A DNA stretch of 64,000 bases from Neocallimastix sp. 'constans' (GCA_050613775.1 JBODTK010000123.1:186001-250000), one strand, 5' to 3'. Counted from the first letter of the stretch, positions 1-15,813 are shown. The notes: generated from the sequence alone by a model not told the origin. A program made the numbers and translations.

Positions 1-941
1 TGATTATGGTAAGTTTAATGCTTTTTTGGTATATGAATATTTTTTAAATTATATTTTTATATCGTTAAATAAATTTTTGCCAATAAATAATCATTATTAC
101 TATAAATATTGTATGTATTTATTGAATTTATATTAATATTATCATATCAATAATATAAAAAAAAGTATTATTTTTTTTTATTAATTGGACTTCATTATTA
201 ATTATTTTTTATTTTTTTTTTTTTATTATATAAATATAGTATAATAATTTATTATTATTATTAATAATAATACTATTACTAATTATTTATAATTAATTAT
301 TTGTTTTAGCATTGTTTTAAGAAGTAATAATAAGAATTAATTGATTATTAATATAATATTAAAATAAAAATATCTTTTTTAATATCATTTTTTTTTAGAA
401 ATAGGTATATATCAATTCAAAATATATTTACATGGAATAAAAGTCATCAAAAATTATTAACATTTTGAAAATAGAAAATACAATTAAATAAAAATTTTGT
501 ATTATATATATAATTATATATATAATAATTAACTATATTCATATTTAGAATAAACAAATTCAAAACATAAGCACTATTTTAAACCTATAATCTTTTTATC
601 ACTATAAAGTATAAAATGAAAATAAAAATTTTATTATATCAAATTTTTATATACTTTAAGTTATAAATGTTTATATAAATAATAGAACTTGTAATATTAT
701 CAACAATTATTTATATTTTATTTTCAATTTTTTAATTTCTATATCAAATTATATTATATTCACATACATGCTGTATACGAAGTAATACTACATGAATAAC
801 TAATAAAGAGTATTGAGTTGTAATTATGGCTATGCGGAAATAAAAACCTCATCATTAATTAATATATGTTTTTCATAACACATAGATAAAAAAATCAGTA
901 TTCAAATTTATTCTAATGATTTAAACACGTGATATATATTT

Positions 942-1291
942 TGATATTGCAGACTTTTATCTGCAATAATTAATAAGTTTTATTAATAAAATTATAATAT
1001 TCGTACAATTAAAATAATAATTCTAATTCCTAAAATTTACAAAAGAGTCTTCAATTTCTAATATAAATAATTTAATCTATTTCTAAGAAATAGGTAAAAT
1101 ATTAATTATATATTCTAATATATAGAACTAAATTAATTTTATAAGAATTAAAGTATTATAATTATTATAATTATAATAATACATATTGAAATAAAGTAAA
1201 ATAAAATAATTATTAAAAAGATATAAATTTAATATTTAATAATTATTATTAAATATACAAATATGTTACTACACGTATTTATTTTATATCA
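942..1291 (-). mobile_element. Solo LTR of the same family as the element at 27812-30709
   Basis: TGATAT...ATATCA termini and a 4-bp target-site duplication ATTT (938-941 and 1292-1295). It aligns along its length with 27812-28189 (e.g. 'ttcgtacaattaaaataataattctaattcctaaaa', 'atatgttactacac'). Strand is taken from the full element. Confidence 0.9.
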
Positions 1292-4200
1292 ATTTTTAAA
1301 ATTATATAATTGAAAAAAAAATTCTCAATTCTGAAATATATTTTAAAATCTATCATTTAGTATTATTTCTTAATAATAAGAGAGTATATTGAAAAATAAC
1401 AATTAAAGTTACAAAAATATTGCATAAATTTTTCTATTGTATTTATAATTTATAATTTATTTATCATTAAAAACTTTATTTTTTTTTTTAAAATAAATTT
1501 CAAAAACCTTATTTTTTTTTTTTAATGTATATTAATTTTATATAAATAATATTAATAATATTTTAATTAATTTCAAAAAAAAAAAAAAAAATTGAAATAT
1601 TCTTTCTGAATATAATATATTTAAAAATAGAATTTTATTATTTATTTTCAGAGATATTTAAATTATAAATAATTTTAGCATATCAATATTCCGAATTATA
1701 TGGAAAATATTTAAAAGTTTAGAATATCATTAATATACAATATCTGATAATTCATTGATAATTATGCATTATTTATTGGATAAATTTTATTAAAATATTT
1801 TTTATTTTCTTTTAAATATAAAATAAAAAATATTTTTTTTTTATCCAAAGGGTGATTGACTATATAAAATTTAATTTTTTTAAATAAATAATATTAAACT
1901 TTTTTTTTTGTTTGAAAGTACGGTTTAATAATATTTTATATTTTATAATCAATTTTTCATTTCATTCTAAATAATTTAGTATACTATATATGGATAAAAT
2001 TTATGAAATGAAATTTAAAAAAATATTATTAAAAATAAAAACTTTAATTTGAAATAAGGTTTAATTTAAAATAATATATGATATAATATACTCAAATATA
2101 TTAAACCTACTCACGGATTATTCAAATAAATCAATTCATTATTTATTTATTAATATATTTCTATAAAAATTTAAATAATTATATAATATGAAAATAAGAA
2201 GTAAAAATAATATATTAATAAGATAAAAATTTTTTTCAATTTGTATTGAACCTAAAATGTAAAATGACAACAATATATTATTAATATATTGTAATATATA
2301 AAAATTTGACAGCTTTATAGTAATATACTATGTAATATATTATAAATATCTTTGATATTTAATTTAATACATGTGGAAATAGAAAAACTACCATATTTTT
2401 TTTGATATATTTATATATTGTAATTATTTTTCATTATATTTAAAAATAAATTTGACTTTAGCATATAATATGTTATTTAATTATATATTATATATTATAT
2501 ATTATTTATTATTTGTTGAAATTAAAGCAATTTATTAAAATTGTTTATTAGTTATTTTTTTATTATTTTATTTATTTATTTATTATTTATTTTTTTATTT
2601 ATTTATTATTTATTATTTATTATTTATTATTCCATTATTTATTATTTATTATTTATTATTTATTCATTATTAATTACTATTTATTAAAACAATATATGTA
2701 TAATAAATCATATATATTGCTTTTTTTCTAATAAAATATTATCTACCTTAATTATATGAACAATAATACTTTATTTACATTATTTTTTACATCAAAATTT
2801 TTTTTTTTTTTTAATTATGTATTTATATCTCACATATTATTTAATTCGTTTTATCCCTTTTAAAATCGTTATTTTTCTTAGAAACCTTACGATCCATATA
2901 ATTTTTGAATGTTCAAAAATTTTCATATGATAAAATTTTTAATTGAAATGTTACATATTCAATTAATAAATAATTAATAAATAGTTAATAATAAACCTTT
3001 ATAAACAGTTAATATATTTCTTTATAAATAATATTATTTATTTAATATTTTTAATTACTATTTTTTTTTTTTTTTTTTTTTGATTATAGTAATATATATA
3101 ATATATAGCATTAATAATTTTTTCATAAAAGAATAAATACATAAATTTTAATTTTCAATTCTTTTTTCTTTTTTTTTCTATTTTGATTTATAGGTAATAA
3201 TAATAGAATTATTATTTCAAAGTATTATGATTTTCTAATACCAATAATTAATAATCATCATAGATATAATATCATCATTAATATTTGATTATTTATTTAA
3301 AGTAATAGTATAATTCAGTCAATTTTTTATATTTCAAAAAAATAAATCTATATACGGAATTTTAGAATTAAATAATTGTTATCTTTATATTTCGTATCCT
3401 ATCCTTTTTTTAATATATTATAATATAATTTAATATACACTGGAATATAATTGATGATTTTTTATATATAGATTATAATATATTTTAATAAAAAAATTTA
3501 TAAAATAATTAATTGTAAAATATTAACATACTATTTTTAAAATTTTATACTGCCACAAATTCTAAGACTATTAATAATTAATAATTAAATCTAAAAAATG
3601 AAGTAGTTCAATTTTTTATAAAGCTTAACAATTATGTTAATAAATTATTATTACTAACATAATTATATAATGTTTAACATTATAAAAAAAAATATTATAA
3701 TAAAGATGATAAATCATTTATGGAGTTTGGAGTGTAAATAAAATATAAGATGAAGACTATAAAAAATAGCTTTCATATTTAATTTTAATTAAAAGTAAAA
3801 CTGATATGAAAAAAAAAATAAATATAAAATTATACTTTAAAATATTATAATCAAATTAAATAATATAATACATATACTTTGTAAGAGAAGAATTATATAA
3901 TTAAAATTTTATTGTCCCAATAATGCATTAAAAAAAATATATATATTTCTACATCTATTAATGTAAATATTTATTTTTTTTTAAAAAAAAAAAAATAAAA
4001 TAAAAAACTATTATATAAGTTCATATATATTTATTTGAAGATACACTATTGAAACAAGGTTTTTTTTCTCTAGAAAATAACATTTTAATATCATCATCTT
4101 AATATTTTTAATATATATAATTTTATTTATTTTTTATTTGTTAATGTTTAACAAATTTATTTTTTAAATAAAGATAAATTTTATAATTAAATTTTATTTA

Positions 4201-4729
4201 GAAAAAAAAGATCAATGAAGTATGGAATTTTATATAATAAAATATATCTTTTTATAAGAATAAAAATATCTTAATAAAAAAGTTATTTTAAGTATTTTTT
4301 GTTAATAATAGAAATAATCTAACCCTATATAAAATATATATTAATATAATTTAAATATTTATTATATTAAAAAATAAATATTTACCAAATTCAATTTAAA
4401 AGAAAATGAATAATAGAAGAATTGCTTGAACAATTCACTTTTTCATATTAAAAAAAATATTACATAAAAAAAAAATATTCATTTTAAATTTAAATTTAAA
4501 CTTAATAATTTTGTATAATAAATACATTATCTTTGAAATAATTAAAAAAAAATTTTTTTTTTTTTAAATATTTTTTTATAAATAAACTAATCATTTATTT
4601 TTTAATTAATTTTTGTAATTATTTTTAAACTTTTTTTATTTTTTATTTTTTATTTTTATTTGTTTGTATTGATATATAATAAACATTTCATATTTATATA
4701 TTTTTTCAAATATCTCTCTATATGGTCAT

Positions 4730-5228
4730 TGAACCTGGTTCGACCCTCCCTATAAACATTTTCTAGGTTTCCTTCACATGAGATTTTTACGGAATATGGT
4801 AGTTAGGGTTACAAATAAGTATATCCCTCATAAATATATTATTACTCTAAATCTTCTCAGTAATATAGAAAAGATATTATACTAACTGCGGGCCTGAGTG
4901 GGTTGCTCAAGTACTATGTTTAAGAGGGAATTACTAGCATTTGGGTTCATGATTTCATGTGTCTATGTAGATATGTATTCTACTAAATTGAAAATTTTCT
5001 GACGTTTATGCATTTTCCAAGGGAACTAGTACGGAAGTTAGGTACTGGAGAAGCACTCTGAGAAAAAGTAAAAATTCTCAGAAATAATATGTATGTAAGA
5101 GCGCCAATGCTGAACACTCAGAAAGGACATCCAGATGGGACAATATCTGCCTATATGGAAGTGTGTGACTATCTCAATTTTCCTACTACCTCTGAGGGAG
5201 GCTGAATCCAAGGGGGAAACACACCAGA
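4730..5228. other. GC-elevated non-coding island with hairpin potential; identity unknown
   Basis: About 500 bp clearly richer in G/C than its flanks, with no long ORF. The ends are partly complementary (ggttcgaccctccc 4737-4750 / gggaggctgaatcc 5196-5209) and there are several internal hairpins. Confidence 0.35.
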
Positions 5229-5959
5229 AATAAAAAAAATTTTTTTCTATATTGTTTTTATTTATGTTACACAGGCAAACAAATAAAAATATGGATTATG
5301 AAGTATGGATGATAATCTATATATATTATTTTAAATTTTTTTTTTATTTATTTATTTATTTAATTTGTTATTATTTTTCTAAAGTTTTAATAAATTGAAT
5401 TTTAAATATATATAATTATTAAATGTTTATTTAAATTAATATTTTAATTATAATTAAAAAATAATATTAATAAAGAGGAAATGAAATTCAAATTTTAAAA
5501 TGTAATCTTGAAATTTCAAATTTATTATATTAATTTTTTGTTTATTTGTAAATAAATTGTTGCTTAAAATTTGTTTATTATTATTTATATTACTTTAATT
5601 TTTAATTATAATTATTTATAAATATCTTAATTTAAATTTATAATAATTCAATTATAATTCTTTTTTTTTTTCTTTCTTTTTTTCCTTCTTTATATTATTG
5701 TTATTTTTTAAATATAAATAAATTATAATATTTAAAATTTTAATAATTTATTTATTATTTTTTTTTTTAAGATTAAAAATTCAGAATATAAAGGTGTAAC
5801 TTATTTTTTAAATACGTTTTAAAGCGTATTAATTTTTTATTATATTTATTTATTTATTTATTTATTTTTTTTTTAAAATTATATTAAAGAATTATTACTC
5901 GAATTATTTATTTATTTATTTATTTTTATTTATTTTTATTTTTATTTGTTTTTGATAAT

Positions 5960-8900
5960 ATGAATGAAAAAGAAATTATAAAAAATATTGAAAACATAAT
6001 TAAAAATACAAATAGTAGAGATGAATTAAAAAATTTTATTGAAGAAAATAATATAAAAGATTTAACAAATCTTATTGATAATTATAATTTATATAGAAGT
6101 TTGGTAAATGGTATAGAAGGTAAGATTTCTTTAGATATTTTAGAATGTATTCATCTTCATGGAAAATATGATATTTATAATAATATTTTCTTGTCGGCGG
6201 CAATTAAATGTAATAATTTCAATGTTGCTAACTACATTCAAGAGAAAGGTGAAGAAACTGTAAATGCTTTGTCCTATGATAGTCTTTTAGATGATATTAA
6301 TACAAAAAGTTATCAATATATGCTGAATAATGGACTTTACATTACATCAAATTTGGTTCAAGAAATTATTAAACATAATAAATTTAAATTTTTAAATCAA
6401 ATTTTTAAATTTATATATTTTGATAATGATTTTATTTTATTATTACTATCTTATTATAATGACAAAAATAAAGTTTCTATTTCACAATGGAACGAAATAT
6501 TTGAAAAGGAAAAGAAGAAAACTTCATTCAATGAAAAGATGTATGAGATTGCTATTAATGGAAATCAAATTGAAATTATAAATATTCTTTATCGCTATGA
6601 TTCTCGCGAGCATGACGTCATTATACAAAATTTTAGTAATATATTTAATAGAAATAAAAATATTAAAGATATTTTTATTAATAAATTGAAAAATGTCAAG
6701 TCAAAGGTTTCTGTAGATCAAAAATTGATTCGTTGCCTAGAACAGATAACTACAAAGTATGAAGTAAAGGAAAAAATAGGCCGTTACATAAAAGATAATA
6801 ATAAAAGAGAACTTGAACAATATATAAGAAAAAATAATATTCAACTTTTCGAATATCGTGATGGATTCAATAAAAAGGAAAATCTATTAGAATTTGCCAT
6901 TAAAAATGGTGTCTCCATGGATATAATTTATTTTATTATCAAAACTTGTTCATATGACATCTCTAAAATAAAATTTGATTCATTTGGAGAAGATGAAGGA
7001 CATTCCATTTTATATTTAATATTATCAAAAAATCATTTTAAATTATTAGATTTTTTAATCAGGCATGGTATGGATATTAGTAATAAAGATGTACTGTCAT
7101 GGCTTTATGAAGACCATTTATTAAATAATAAAAAACTTTACACCATCTTAAACTATGATTTTTGTATAAAGTGTAGTACCATTAATCAATTAATTATACA
7201 TCATCAAATAAATATTATGGAAAAAATTTTTAGATACTATCGTTTTAATAACGCTTTTATACTAAAATTACTATCGATATATAAAAATAAAATGGGTTTA
7301 ACAGATATTCAATTAAGAAGCATTATTTTCAGAGAAAAAAATAAATTAAAATTTAATAAATCTATGTATGAAAAAGCAATAGATAATGATGACTACGAAA
7401 TGATTTCTTATTTATATCAAAATGACACCCGAAACCACGAAATAATTTTAAAGGAAATTTTTCAACTTTATGATAAGGATGATAGGATTTTTCACCATGG
7501 AAAAAAGGTTCATTTTATTGACAAGGTTAAAAATGGGGAGTTGTCCTTTTCTGTTGATTCTTTTTATTTAAACCATTTAATGCACAGTGAAGAAATACGT
7601 AAGATTATTATTGAAAAGGTTAATATGGATAATGTTTCTGAGATAAAAATGTATTTACAAAAAAATAATATAGATTTAAATTATTTTAATGACAGTCAGT
7701 TTGATATACTTATTCATGCTATTAAAATGGAATTATCTTACTCAATGATTAAATTTATTGTTAGTCACTACTCCTCATTCGATTATACCGTTCATCCTAT
7801 AGGAGCTCAGGACTATATATCACCACTTTCCTGTGCTCTTGCTCATAAAAATTATGCAATAGCTCAGTTACTTTTAAACCATGGTGCAGATATTAATTTT
7901 AATATATATAATACGGCCATTTTAGATAAATTTTATCAAGAAGAAATATTAGATAAGAAAATTTTAAAATTATTGTTGAATAATGGAATAACAGTAACTT
8001 CAAAATTCATGATAGATCTTGTTGAGGATAAAAAATATGATTTCTTAGAGATCATTAAGAATAATTTAATTTTTAATAATGCTTTTATTATAAATTTACT
8101 TTCTATTTATAATCACAAGGTATTTTTGTCAAAAAAACAATTAAAAGATCTTATTATGAAAGAGGAATCCAAAATTAATATTAGTAAGGATTGGTTTAAA
8201 AAAATAATGTCAAATGAATATAGAAATATCATGGAAATGTTTTATCATTATCGTCGATGTGAAAGAGAGGAAGATTTAAAGTTAGATTCAGAAGAATTGA
8301 ATAGCCTGATAAATTATTGTATTATAAATGATGATTACAATTTAGTACATAAAATATTTAATAATTTATCATTTGATAGTGAGCATTACGACTTAGAAGA
8401 AAATATATTTTATCATTATGACCTATATAGCTCTTTTTATGATCGTATTACTCACCATTTAGATATTGTTCAATTAATAGTGAAATTGACCTTCCGTTGT
8501 TCTTCCTTTAATTTAAACAATATTAAATTTTATGAAAAAATGAAAGAAATAGAGTTGGACACAGAAGATATATTCTCTTTCTTTAAATTTTATATTCAAC
8601 AATGGTTAAGTCATCCATCTTTTAATTTCGAAAATATTGATTTTGAGAAAATTTTACTCTCTCTTGGTTTTGAAAAAATGACAAATATTATTCTGGAAGA
8701 AAAAACTATTTTACTGATGAAATGCTTTTTTGAAGAATCTTTAAAACATTCTACATTTGACTTTCATAGGATCTCTTTTGAAAATATTTTAGATTGCTTT
8801 AGGTATCAAATAAAATTATATTGCCAAAGTTTTTGTCAGAAAGTGGAACATTTCATTATACTTCAATTAATTATTGAAAAAGCGGTTGATCATAAAACAT

Positions 8901-11900
8901 TTGATCTTCAAGCTATGGACTTTGAAGAAATTTTAACTGTCTTGAATGATATAAGTTGTAGAGCTTCTGGAGATAATCCAGAAAATGCAATAGATTTGAT
9001 GAAGTTTTCTTTTGAAAAAATAATACACCATCCAACATTTGATATTAATTTTATTAATATTAAAAAAGATATTTTAATTTTAATTCTTAATCGATACTCT
9101 ACTTCTAATATTAGAAACTTCTTGAATGAAATATTTAACAGTCCATCCTTTTCAAATGCTAATAATAAATTTTTAGAGGATATTCTCTTGACAGTGGCTA
9201 GAACAGAAGATATAGAATTAATAGAATTTGTAATGTATAAACTTTACTCTCGAGAATTCAATGAATCCATCAAATCCAACGATATTAAAAATTTTTTGTT
9301 GACTGCATCTAGAATAGAAAATACAAAAATTACAAAGTTTGTAATAGAAAAGTTTTTCCGTCATTCATCTTTTGAATTAAATGAGAATATATTAGAAAAT
9401 GCTTTATTAGCTGTATGTAAATTTGACTCATTATTACATATTGAATATATTATGGAATGTATTTATTCTCGTAGGGGTGGTACCTTTGATTTATGCAACT
9501 TCTCTCCTATGAGTATTGAAAAAATATTAAAGAAAGCTATTCAATATAATAATGTTAATTTTATAAATTATACCTTTCAAAAATTATTGTCTAAAATGAA
9601 TATTAACGAAAAGATTCATCTCATTGAAACGTTATTACTTTACTCAAGTAAAATAGATAATATAGAAGTAATGAAAATACTTTTGGAAAAATTATTTAAT
9701 CAAGGTTCATTAGAATGTATATTACAACTTGATATTACTCTCTTAAATAAATTAAGCCCATTGGATTTAATTTTAATATTAAATATATTGATTAAATTAA
9801 AAAATAAGAAACTAATTATCGATTTATTTGAACAAGTAAATATTGATCCTAATACAATGGATAAAAATAATGATTATCCTTTGATCACAGCCTATTCTAT
9901 AGTTAATGAAAATAATAATTCCAAAACGTTAGAAATATTTAATATTATATTGGATCATGGTGCACGAACTGATATTGGAGATATTAATCACATACCTCTG
10001 TTATACCTTTCCTTAAATAATGGTAGTTATACTGTACTTCGTTGCTTATTTAAACGAAATATACCAATTTATTCTATTGTGGAACCTAATAATAATTCCT
10101 TATTAATAAGAGCTATGGAAAAAAATGATATAGAAACCATAAAATCTTTATTAAGAAGTAATGATAATACAACTGATAATTTTAATATTATTAGTAATGA
10201 TAATAATAATTTCTCTCAACATTTGTCTCCATTAACAATAGCATACTGTATGAATAATGAAGAAATTTTTAACTTTTTATTAATCCATTCAAATATTCAT
10301 TTACTAGATAAGTATGGATATAATATTTTACATTACGCCATAATGAAAGAGGATGAAAAACTTGTAAAAGATTTAGTACAAAAAGGAATAGATGTTAATT
10401 ACCAAAAAAATCAAGATTTTAAAGGTCATTCTGCTTTAGAAATTGCAATCCATTTAAAAAATAGAGAATTATTTTTGATTTTACTATCTAGTCGAACACT
10501 TCGTATCAATGACTTAAATAAAAATAAACAACCTTTGCTATTAATGATTATTAATATGAAAAATTATAGTTTTGAAGAAAAATTACAATGGATGGAAGAT
10601 CTTTTGAAACATGGTGCCAACGTTAATATTTATGATTTGAAAGGCCAATCTTTATTGTTTTATGCTATAAAGGAAAAATCTCACCCTATGATTAAACTCT
10701 TTATGGAATATGGTGCAAATACTAATCTTCCTAAAGATAAAAATAATCATACCTCCTCTCTTATGAAATATACTTTAAATAATGAACCGTTAAATGTCAT
10801 TGAATGTCTAATCAAATATGGCCATTCAAATTGTCTAGAAGATAAAGATATCATTAAAATTGTTAAAGAAGGTCGTTTTGACCTCATCAAATTATTAATA
10901 CCTCAATATATTCATATCAATCGGAAATATGATGGTAATAATTCTCTTTTATATTACGCCGTTAATTATGAACAAGAAACTATAGCAAATTATTTAATTG
11001 ATCATGGTATTGATTATCATCAATCAGAAGAACAAATTATAAATCTTTTAAGATTTGGTAATAATATTTCTATGCTAAAGTTATTGATTCCAAGAGTTAT
11101 TGATATTAATAGTAGTTTCAATGATGGATTACCCGATGATCCTCCAGAAGTTATTTTAAGTTATGCCATAGAGAGTCAAAATATACCTTTCATTCAATAT
11201 TTAATACAATGTCAACCCGATTTCGGTCTTCTTGATCATAAAGTTGAATTTATAGAAGACATTCTAGACATTCTAGAAAATGAGGAACACCTTACGACAA
11301 CACTTCCATATATTATTCGTAATCCTAGTCTACATAAAATTTTATTAGAAATTATGGAGGAAGATAGAATAGATCTTTTAGACATATTAATACAGCATCA
11401 ATTAGATATTAATTATATAGATCAAGAAGAGAAAACGTTGTTAATTTATGCCATAGAAAAGAGAAAAATTCAATGGGTTCAATATTTATTAGAGAGAAAG
11501 GCAAATGTTTCTGTATTATTTCCAAATCTATTGAAGGAGATTATGGTAGTAGGACAGTGGGATGTCTTGAAATATTTATTAACTCATGAAACAATGAATA
11601 TTCATTTTGAGGAAAATTATGGACAACTTTTATATCGTATAAGCTACTCTACTGAAAGTAAAGACATTATTGAACAGTTACGGTACTATGGAATTCAAGA
11701 TATTTCAATTAATTATGATAATGAAATAGAAATAAAAGATACCATACTTACTAAATCCTCTTTAGAACTTTTAAAATTTTTTTTCCCTTACTATAAAGAG
11801 CACGTTCATAGGGATGAAAAGGAAAGAAATAGTGAATATTACCTTCCATTACTTTATGCTATTTATTCTGAGAAATCAGATATCATTTATTATTTAATGG

Positions 11901-14900
11901 AAAATGAATATCAAGGAAAAGAAATAAAAGGTCTTATTTTGGATATTGATTTAGTTAGAAAAATTATTCATCTTCAAATTTCTGATTTACTTTCTCTTAT
12001 TTATCAAAATACTTTAAAAATAAAACAAAGAGATAAAGAGGGAAATTCTATGCTTAATTATGCAATAATTCAAGGGGATGAAGTTCTAGCCGAGTATTTA
12101 ATTCAAGAAGGGGCTGATTTAAATGAAAAAAACAGTTCCGGTGAGGTTCCACTCACCCTGGCAATAAAGCAAGGAAAAGTAGCTATTGTTCGTTCTTTAA
12201 TTAATCATGGTTTGAATTGGAATTTGATGTCTTCCTTTGATTTGTCTCTTCATGAACTTAATAAAAAATATAATAAGGATCAAAAAGTTTATATGGAAAT
12301 AAAAGAATTGCTAGATCAAAGTTTAGAGAATGAAACTCCTGATTCCCTTTTAACCTATGCACTTCAATTTCAAAATGAGCCATTGCTTAAAAAATTATTT
12401 GAGGATAATTCCGTTGCCTCTATTCAAACGATTAATAATCACATTAGGTTAATTCAATCTCTCATAAAGAATAATAATTTGGATCTTTTGAAATATTTGG
12501 TACAACTTCACTTGGATGTTAATGCAAAAGATGATCAAGGAATGGTTCCCTTAATATATGCTCTTCAATTTGAAAATGAAGCTATTGTTCAATATTTATT
12601 GGAAAATGGTGCTCTCGTCTCTTCTATAATAAATATTATTATTGAACCTGAACTCTTTATAAAAATAGTTCAAATGGCCCAAAATGAAAAGTTAAAACCA
12701 TATTCACATTCACTACTAGATATTATCTTTAATAATACGGTTCAAGGAAATAGCAAAGATAGTAATTATGACCCAATTCTTTGCTATGCCATCCTCCATG
12801 GTAATGAACAGTTAGTTCAATATTTAATAGACCATGGGGCTGATGTCAATGCCTTTTCTCGAAGTTATCGTAATCCACTATTGTTGGCAATTAAGATTCA
12901 AAAGGAGGATATTGTAAGATGTTTAGTGAAATCTGAGGCTAAACTTGATAGAAATGGATTTATTACTACCCCGTTATTGGAAGCCATTAACTCTAATAAT
13001 GACTCTATCATTCGTTATCTAATAGAATGTGGAGTGGATGTGAATGAACGAGGGGTTCAAGTCCATGATGATACCCCTCTAGTAGCTGCGGTGAAAAATA
13101 ATAATGAAAAAGTTGTTCACTGGCTTATTGAATTTGGTGCCATTATCGATAATGAAGATAATTATAATGAGACTCCATTAGTTTTAGCAGTACGAAATCA
13201 AAATGAAACATTAGTAAAGTATTTAATTGCATGTGGAGCTGATGTCAATTTTCATTCCTCTTTTCATAATACTCCACTTTTGGAAGCAGTAGAGATTGGT
13301 AATGAACCTTTAGTGAAATATTTTTTGGAAAGAGGAGCTCAGGTCAATGTTTCTAATGAATTTGGAGATACAGCCCTTATTCGTACAATAGAAAATAATA
13401 GAGAAGACCTCGCCAAACTTTTAATAGCCTATGGAGCTGATGTAAACTATGAAACTCATAAAAATCCACTAACAGAGGCCGCTCATAATAATAATATGAA
13501 TCTTATCCGTTATTTAATTGATAATGGAGTCGATGTTCATCAAACCAACAGTGACCCTCTGATTTGGGCCATAAAATGTAAAAATGAAACCATGTTGAAA
13601 TATTTAATATATCATGGGGTAAATATCAATCAACTTGGTGATCATCAGCAATTACCTTTGATAGTAGCGATTGATGAAAATCAAGAATCGATGATAGAAT
13701 ATCTTATTGAACATGGTGCAGAAATTAATCCAAAGAAAGATGATCCATTATTTGAGGAAACTCCTTTAATTCATGCCATTAAATCTCATCCTCGCCATGA
13801 AAGAATCATTCGTTGTCTTCTTGAGCATGAAGCAGATGCTAATCAAATGAATCAATATGGTGATCTTCCATTGAATTGTGCTATCCTTACAGAAGATGAA
13901 ACCCTCGTTCAACTTTTAATTAATTATGGTGCGGATGTGAATAGAAAAGGAATGGATGGAAAATCTCCTTTATTTTATGCCCTCCAACACCAACATCAAC
14001 ATCAACATCAACATCAACATCAACATCATCAGGAAGGAATAATTCGATTACTTATTCAACAAGGGGCTGATGTTAATCAATGTATTGAGAATGGACTAAA
14101 CCCTCTTTTTTATGCTATTGATGAAAAGAATCAACCCTTGGTACATTATCTTTTGAATCAAGGGGCTGATCTTCATTTTAATAGTGAACAAGAAGGAACT
14201 GCCTTATCCCATGCTATTCGAAGTGATGAAAAAAGTCTTATTCAATATTTAATTGAACAAGGTGCTAATGTTCATCAATTAGTGAAAATAGATCATAGAA
14301 ATGGTTCACCTTTAGTGATAGCTATACATAAAGGTTCTTCCATAGATATTATTCAATGTCTTCTTGATCGTGGGGCCGATATACATGGAGATGATGGTGA
14401 ACTTATTCCATTAAATGAAGCTGTTCTTCATGGAAATGAAGCGATGGTGACCTATTTAATAGAACATGGAGCTGATGTCAATTTAATGGATGAGGAAGGA
14501 ATGACGCCATTAATTTTATCAATAAAAACAAAGAAAGAATCTATACTGACTATTTTAATAAATCATGGAGCCAAAGTTAATCAACCTGATTCTAAGGGAA
14601 ATACGCCATTACTCCATACAATTGAACTGTCTAATCCTCAAACACATAATAATCGTTATCCCCACGAATGGAGAAGCACTTCTTTTAATCATGATCAAGG
14701 CTTTAATTCTCCTGAGGAGGATTCTCTATCTCTGGAACGAAAGCAAGAAAAAATGATTAATTCTTTAATAACACATGGAGCTGATATTCAAAAAAAGGGA
14801 TTTGGCCCCGAGGATATTCCAATAATGAAAGCCATATTATATAATCGACCTTCCATCATTACTACTTTAATACGGCATGGGGTGAATGGAAATCTATACG

Positions 14901-15617
14901 ATGAGATTCTAGGTCATACCCCATTGACCTGGGCAATTGAGAATAAAGCAGTGGAAGCTGTTCAATGTCTTATTGAAGAAGGAGTTAATATTAATCAATA
15001 TACTCCTAAACATAAAAGAACCCCTCTAATGTATGTTATCACTTTACCCTTAACCAATAAGAAAATTATACCAACAACAGCAGCTATATCTACATTTACT
15101 AGTACTACTAGTAATACTACAACTGGTACTACTAGTAATACTAATACTATAAATACTACCTCAGTAACAACGATGTCACCAATGATGATAAATGAAAATG
15201 ATTTTTCATTTTTAAATAATGATTTTGATTTTGATTTTGATTTTGATTTTAATTTTAATTTTAATAATTATATATTTAATTTTAATGGAAGAAGAGGAGA
15301 AAATGAAGAGGAAGAGAAAGAAATAGAAAGAGAAAAGAAGAAAAAAGAAGAAGAAGAAGAAGAAGAAGAGGCAGAAAAAGAGGCAGAAAAAAAGAGTCAA
15401 CTATTAAAATTATTATTGGATCATGGAGCAGATGTGAATGCCGTTGATGATCAAGGACAAACAGCGTTAATACTTGCGATGATTATCGCCAAGGAAAAGG
15501 AAGGAAGCATTCGTGAGGAAATGATTCAATCCCTGATTGATTATGGAGCCGATCTCCATATGAAAGATAATCAAGGGTTAAGCGCCTTCGACTATGAACA
15601 AGCCATTCCAAATACAT

Positions 15618-15619
<2 letters not shown>
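5960..15619 (+). CDS. Giant intronless ankyrin-repeat protein (3219 aa)
   Basis: Uninterrupted 9.66-kb ORF in very AT-rich DNA. The C-terminal half has dozens of ankyrin motifs (TPLxxAxxxxNxxxVxYLIxxGADVN); the N-terminal third has degenerate repeats. Confidence 0.93.
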
Positions 15620-15673
<54 letters not shown>

Positions 15674-15766
15674 GTAAATCAAATAATAGAGAAGTAAGCA
15701 ATTAAAAAAAAAAAAATAAAATAAAATATAAAAAAAAAATGAAGAAAAATAAAAAATTTTTTAAAT

Positions 15767-15813
<47 letters not shown>

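Noticed and set aside
4723..4750. tRNA or SINE from the B-box-like GGTTCGACCC
   Set aside because: No cloverleaf and no properly spaced A-box.
4319..4915. Telomerase RNA hints (CTAACCCTA at 4319-4327, TTAGGGTTA at ~4803, GAGTGGGTTGCTC hairpin)
   Set aside because: The short matches lie on opposite strands and no pseudoknot was identified. This is not enough to call, so the island is kept only as a generic ncRNA candidate.
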